Shown here: piece by piece, positions 60,989-64,000 of the stretch | Layout of the letters: each line of letters begins with the position of its first letter | Position numbering within the stretch: position 1 is the first letter of the stretch | NCBI GenBank assembly: GCA_026770705.1 | Contig: JANJGN010000003.1 | Coordinates: forward strand, 115,940,001 to 116,004,000 | DNA length: 64,000 nt | DNA from: Isurus oxyrinchus | Taxonomy: Eukaryota | Direction of reading: 5' to 3' | The notes under the pieces: generated by a model | What the model saw: only the letters and a program-made list of their open reading frames with translations | The model's database searches: none | Told to the model about the DNA's origin: nothing | Position numbers and translations under genes: made by a program

Positions 60989-61284
60989 GGCTCCAAACCA
61001 AGGAGTCAAGATGATGGCGAGGGGGCGACCACCTTGCTGACTGGTGCTAATGAGGCCCTCCTGACATGTTCCACTTATTGTCCTATCTCTGAAATTAACA
61101 TTACAGCCCAGTCTGTGTGTGACACATGACTCCCAGGCCTCCTCTCTAACAATTGCATGAAGCACACCAAGGCCTTTGGAGATGACCTCATTTTAATAAT
61201 GAAGTGTGAGATATACATACACCATTACACACATATCAATGAAAAATAATTCACCTGTGAGACCTTTATGTGATCACAGTGGCT

Positions 61285-63085
61285 TAAATTTGCATGTGCT
61301 ACACCTTGGCACTGCCCCCTCACTGCCAACTGCATTGGAGGCAGACTGTTGACTCTGATGCCCCATTGGTCTTGATGACTTTGGCGGCCATCCTCTGGCT
61401 GGGAGAGACCAGCGCTATGGTGGGCAGTCATCGCAGTGTCCTCAGACGTGACAGTCACTGGCAGAGGAACAGAGGAGCTGCTGCCATCATCAGGAGTGCC
61501 TGAGAGGAGCCCCCAGTTACATGGAGCTGCAGGTCGTCCGCCAACATGAGGTTTGTTTGAACCTCCCTGCTCACCATATTTGGATGGGCAGCCAGCAGAG
61601 TCACTTGGTGCCTCATCTATCTCTCACATTGGCAGTGACCTGCTGGAGTCACTGCCAGTGCTTGGGCTTGCAGATCTGAACACAGTCCCAAAAACCCCTG
61701 ATTGAGTTTCTGGAGCTTCCCTTCCATGAGGGTCACCACTTTCTTTGTGGAGGAAGCTATGCATTCAGAGATCTGGGCCAATGCAGTGCATTGTCACCTC
61801 CTCCAATACAGAGACCATGGCACACAAAGATCAGGGATCTCTGCCAGATCCTCACATGTGTCCCGCTGGTTATCCAGCATTTGCCGCCTTATCGGTGACT
61901 CCAGAGGCTCATCATCTGCCTCAGGCTCAGCATCGACCTAGTCTCCAGCATTTCTCTGACTGCCGAAACATTGGGGTTCTCTGCCTCTGCCAGCTCCTCC
62001 GGCGAGTGTCACATGCCTTCCCCAGCGTGCACTGACATTGGCTCCAAAATATTTATGCCCACCGACATGCCTGTATCAGCGCTGGTGCATGGTGCAGAGG
62101 GAGGATATGATGTGGTACATCCGGCTGCAGGTCATCCTCTGCCAAGGGAACTTCTTCTGGGTGCCTCTGCAGTCTAGAGGATGTTCCATCTCAGGGAAGG
62201 GGGGAATAAAATGTTATATCTCTCAAGCATCATTAAGAACTCGTGCATGCAGTCTGGTAGCTTCTCAGAATGGACATTTAGCTGAGCAAAGACTTCTGAA
62301 TGAACGAGCAATGGAGATTAGTAGATTTCACATATCGGTATTACAACCACTGCTCTACATCTCTCATACTCTCCCCCAATCTCTCCCCTGTCCTCTGAAC
62401 TCTTACCTTTCTCCTAGACTCCTGTCCCTCCATGACCAGTGGACTTGGCTGCACGTTCACACACCATCTCGAACATTTGCTCCTCTGCCTGACTGAAGAT
62501 CAGAGGATTAGGGACACAACCACCCATCCATCCTCGCTCCTGCACATTGTGATGACTCTTCTCCTGTAAGGACAACAGTGCTTTCATTAATACCCCCTCT
62601 ACATGCCAGAACATAGCAGCCTTCCCCTCAAAGATGCAGTTTCAGATGCCCATCACATTGTCAGAGCTCAACCTTACATACATTCCAGCCATCCAGTATA
62701 ATCACATGTAGTCTTTCAAGGCAGCAGAATATGTGCCAATTTAGGCTTGGGATTTCACACCCGTGAGCACCAACAAGTGCTGCCACCCTCAAACACATCT
62801 CTCCATGGCTAAAATTGGAAGAGCGCAGAAGGTCATTGAACCTCTTCCTGCACAGTATCCAGGTCCTTTACACTACATCATGTCCACTGACCTGACTTGT
62901 CACTTCCATCCATGCCTCCTTTGTTAAGTGCGGTGGCCTCTTCTTTCCATCTCATGGTAGCAATATCTCCGATCGGGCACTGACTTCCTCCAGCAGAACC
63001 TGCAGGCATTCATCAGAAAAATAGGGGGCAGACTGGCTTTGGCCATTTCCATCCTGCCTGGCATGGGCTCTGGGTGCGGATGACA
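61285..63085 (-). pseudogene. Harbinger Myb/SANT gene remnant, 3 exons
   Basis: SAPYFSDECLQVLLEEVSARSEILLP*DGKKRPPHLTK...CRKRFNDLLR; exon 2 about 62407-62564 (TTACAG|GAGAAG...AAG|GTAAGA); exon 3 from about 62176. Confidence 0.75.
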
Positions 63086-64000
63086 TATTGCAGACGCAAT
63101 GGACAGCACAAGATCTGAAAAAGTAGTCTGACCCCTGGAAACTCACAGAAGCTCCCTGAGGCAGTTGCACAATGATTGTCAGCCTTCAGGGAAATCTACT
63201 TTAAACCCCAGCCAAACCCTCATTTGTCCTGGTGCCCACCCTCTTCCCACCACCAAACCCCTTGCCACCCAACCCTGCCTTGGCAGCACTCAGCCTCTCT
63301 CAGCGTGTGTTTCACGCTGGCCGGCAGTTAGTTAGCCAGCCAATGTGAAAACACTGTCGGAAGCCGATCGTGGGCGGGAGTGAATTTCACATCCGCTTCC
63401 CATCCCACTGATCACACTCGTCCGACAAGCCTAAAATTCAGGCCTATAATTCTTACACTGCAGCTGTGTTGTTTCTTTTGCATCAATATAGAACAGTTTC
63501 AAATGCACCCTGACCTGATAGTGCCAGCTTAATTGGGATGTCTGATCTCAAGCTCTGGCTTAATTGTACTAAAGCCAAGCAGCTTGAGACCCCTACCAGA
63601 AGGTCATGGCACACTTCTAGGTTCAGATTGACTGCAGTATAATTCCAGGCTGATGTAAAGCCATGTTTTAAAAATGCCCAGGCTGTCTGTTGAACCTCCT
63701 GGAAACTATTGAAGTTGATAATGATTTTCCTGCTTCTCCATTTCTGACATTTTAATAAATGTGCCAAGGTCTGCGTATGTCTAAATTTAAAAAAAAACTT
63801 CACAGAGTTTCTTTATGGTAGAATTTACTATAAGTTGAACAGGACAACCTTCTCAAGGACAATTAGCAGTGGGCAACAAATGCTAGCGTAGCCAGCAGCA
63901 CCCACATCCTATGAAAGAATAAAAAAAGGATGTGCAGCCTGTAGTGTAACTCTGGCTGTTGGCTGCATATTGCACTTCACTGATTCTGAAATGAAACCAG

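Larger units (their letters stand above)
59930..63444. mobile_element. Harbinger element (3515 bp) with internally deleted transposase
   Basis: TIRs GGCCAGAGTTTTA / TAAAATTCAGGCC; TSD TAT (59927-59929, 63445-63447); same two-gene convergent layout as 21760-26265 in the opposite orientation. Confidence 0.88.

Noticed and set aside
1-64000. CRISPR array, operons or other prokaryotic systems
   Set aside because: No regularly spaced repeat-spacer array; the content is vertebrate-type repeats and spliceosomal introns.

Overview
Eukaryotic, repeat-dense genomic DNA with no host protein-coding exon I can recognise. The repeat inventory points to a cartilaginous fish, probably a shark (inference). 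It comprises Deu-domain tRNA-SINEs resembling SacSINE1, CR1/L2 LINE fragments and many PIF/Harbinger DNA transposons. The Harbinger set includes one nearly full-length 4.5-kb copy with a three-exon Myb/SANT gene convergent on a HARBI1-like transposase, several deletion derivatives and MITEs, most with readable 3-bp TSDs. A decayed two-LTR Gypsy-type element on the minus strand (8316-13821) keeps a tRNA-Leu-like PBS and a PPT. The most striking unannotated signal is about ten short insertions resembling Penelope-like-element (PLE) terminal repeats, each carrying a minimal type-I hammerhead ribozyme fold. Three are inverted-repeat units, the best-preserved insertions have 11-16-bp TSDs, and the youngest-looking copies share a non-canonical core (CUGYYGA instead of CUGANGA). 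The right third (about 48.9-59.9 kb) has unique stretches that look CpG-retaining by eye and may be regulatory. All calls come from reading the sequence; no searches were run, and boundaries of decayed repeats are approximate.
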